From an uncultured Gemmatimonadota bacterium (GTDB lineage: Bacteria > SM23-81 > DAOVCL01): DNA of 16,375 nucleotides. Position numbers and translations under genes: made by a program. Below, piece after piece: positions 15,914 through 16,375 of this stretch. Numbering within the stretch: position 1 is the stretch's first letter; each line of letters starts with the position of its first letter. The stretch lies in NCBI GenBank assembly GCA_964626665.1, contig CAZVGK010000049.1, forward strand, positions 1 through 16,375, written 5' to 3'. The notes below the pieces were generated by a model. The model saw only the letters and a program-made list of their open reading frames with translations, made no database searches and had not been told where the DNA came from.

Positions 15914-16087
15914 CTATGCTGACTCTATCCCTCTCAGATTCTCCTTCAACCTCCGTGGATCTCTGCGGATCGCCAAGGCCCAGCGGCCAAATTCGCCGTG
16001 ATGATTTAAGGCTTGTATCCACCGCTTTGCCGCCCCTTCTTTCTGCCGATCCTGTTCCCTCTCCAAGCCTTTTACTTCCAGAATAAT
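15914..16087 (-). pseudogene. 3'-terminal fragment of a type III restriction endonuclease (Res-like) gene, copy 2
   Basis: IILEVKGLEREQDRQKEGAAKRWIQALNHHGEFGRWALAIRRDPRRLKENLRGIESA*; preceded in frame by TAA, no start codon. Confidence 0.75.
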
Positions 16088-16121
16088 TTATGGCCCATAA
16101 CTCTTCTCTCCCCACTTGACC

Positions 16122-16280
16122 TCACTCACTACCTCGTCCCTCCAACACTTCTCCCGGTGTTTTCCGCCCTCGTTCGGTTCGGTCAAAGTCCACATCGAAA
16201 CTTACAATGGTCAGGTCGTATTTCTCAGCGACAGCATATTGGTAAGCATCATCAAAGTCGAGATTAAATTTTTTGGTGGC
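16122..16280 (-). pseudogene. C-terminal part of a PIN-domain (VapC-like) toxin
   Basis: ATKKFNLDFDDAYQYAVAEKYDLTIVSFDVDFDRTERGRKTP; the frame is open to the window edge but the upstream residues do not look PIN-like. Confidence 0.7.
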
Positions 16281-16375
16281 GTAGTCAAAATTGTTGCTAA
16301 CGGGCCTTCTGGCTGAAGCCGATCCAGTTGATATTTTGAGTATCCACTTTGGATAGCTGGAGTGGACTTTTGCCG

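Overview
Bacterial window in which every credible gene lies on the minus strand. A G+C-richer housekeeping core (4171-9989) holds an AIR-synthase/HypE-like protein, polX, a saccharopine-dehydrogenase-like protein, a MazG-like pyrophosphohydrolase and trxB. The left flank (1-4170) has a secreted C39-like peptidase, a DUF5678/aspartyl protease pair and a DUF433/DUF5615 TA pair with a nonsense-broken toxin. It also carries a dense mosaic of REP/MITE-like palindromes and two paralogous promoter-structured RNA-terminator units resembling divergent c-di-GMP-I (GEMM-I) riboswitches. The right flank (10460-16375) is a cassette-like run of small unrelated genes: methyltransferase, NTF2/SnoaL lipoprotein, frameshifted SDR, membrane protein, hypothetical, SCP2-cupin, a second DUF433/DUF5615 pair and a PIN fragment. 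It contains two copies of the 3' end of a type III restriction (Res-like) gene that start at the same codon, plus possible decayed attC-like half sites. All family assignments are from motif recognition by eye; no searches or folding were run.
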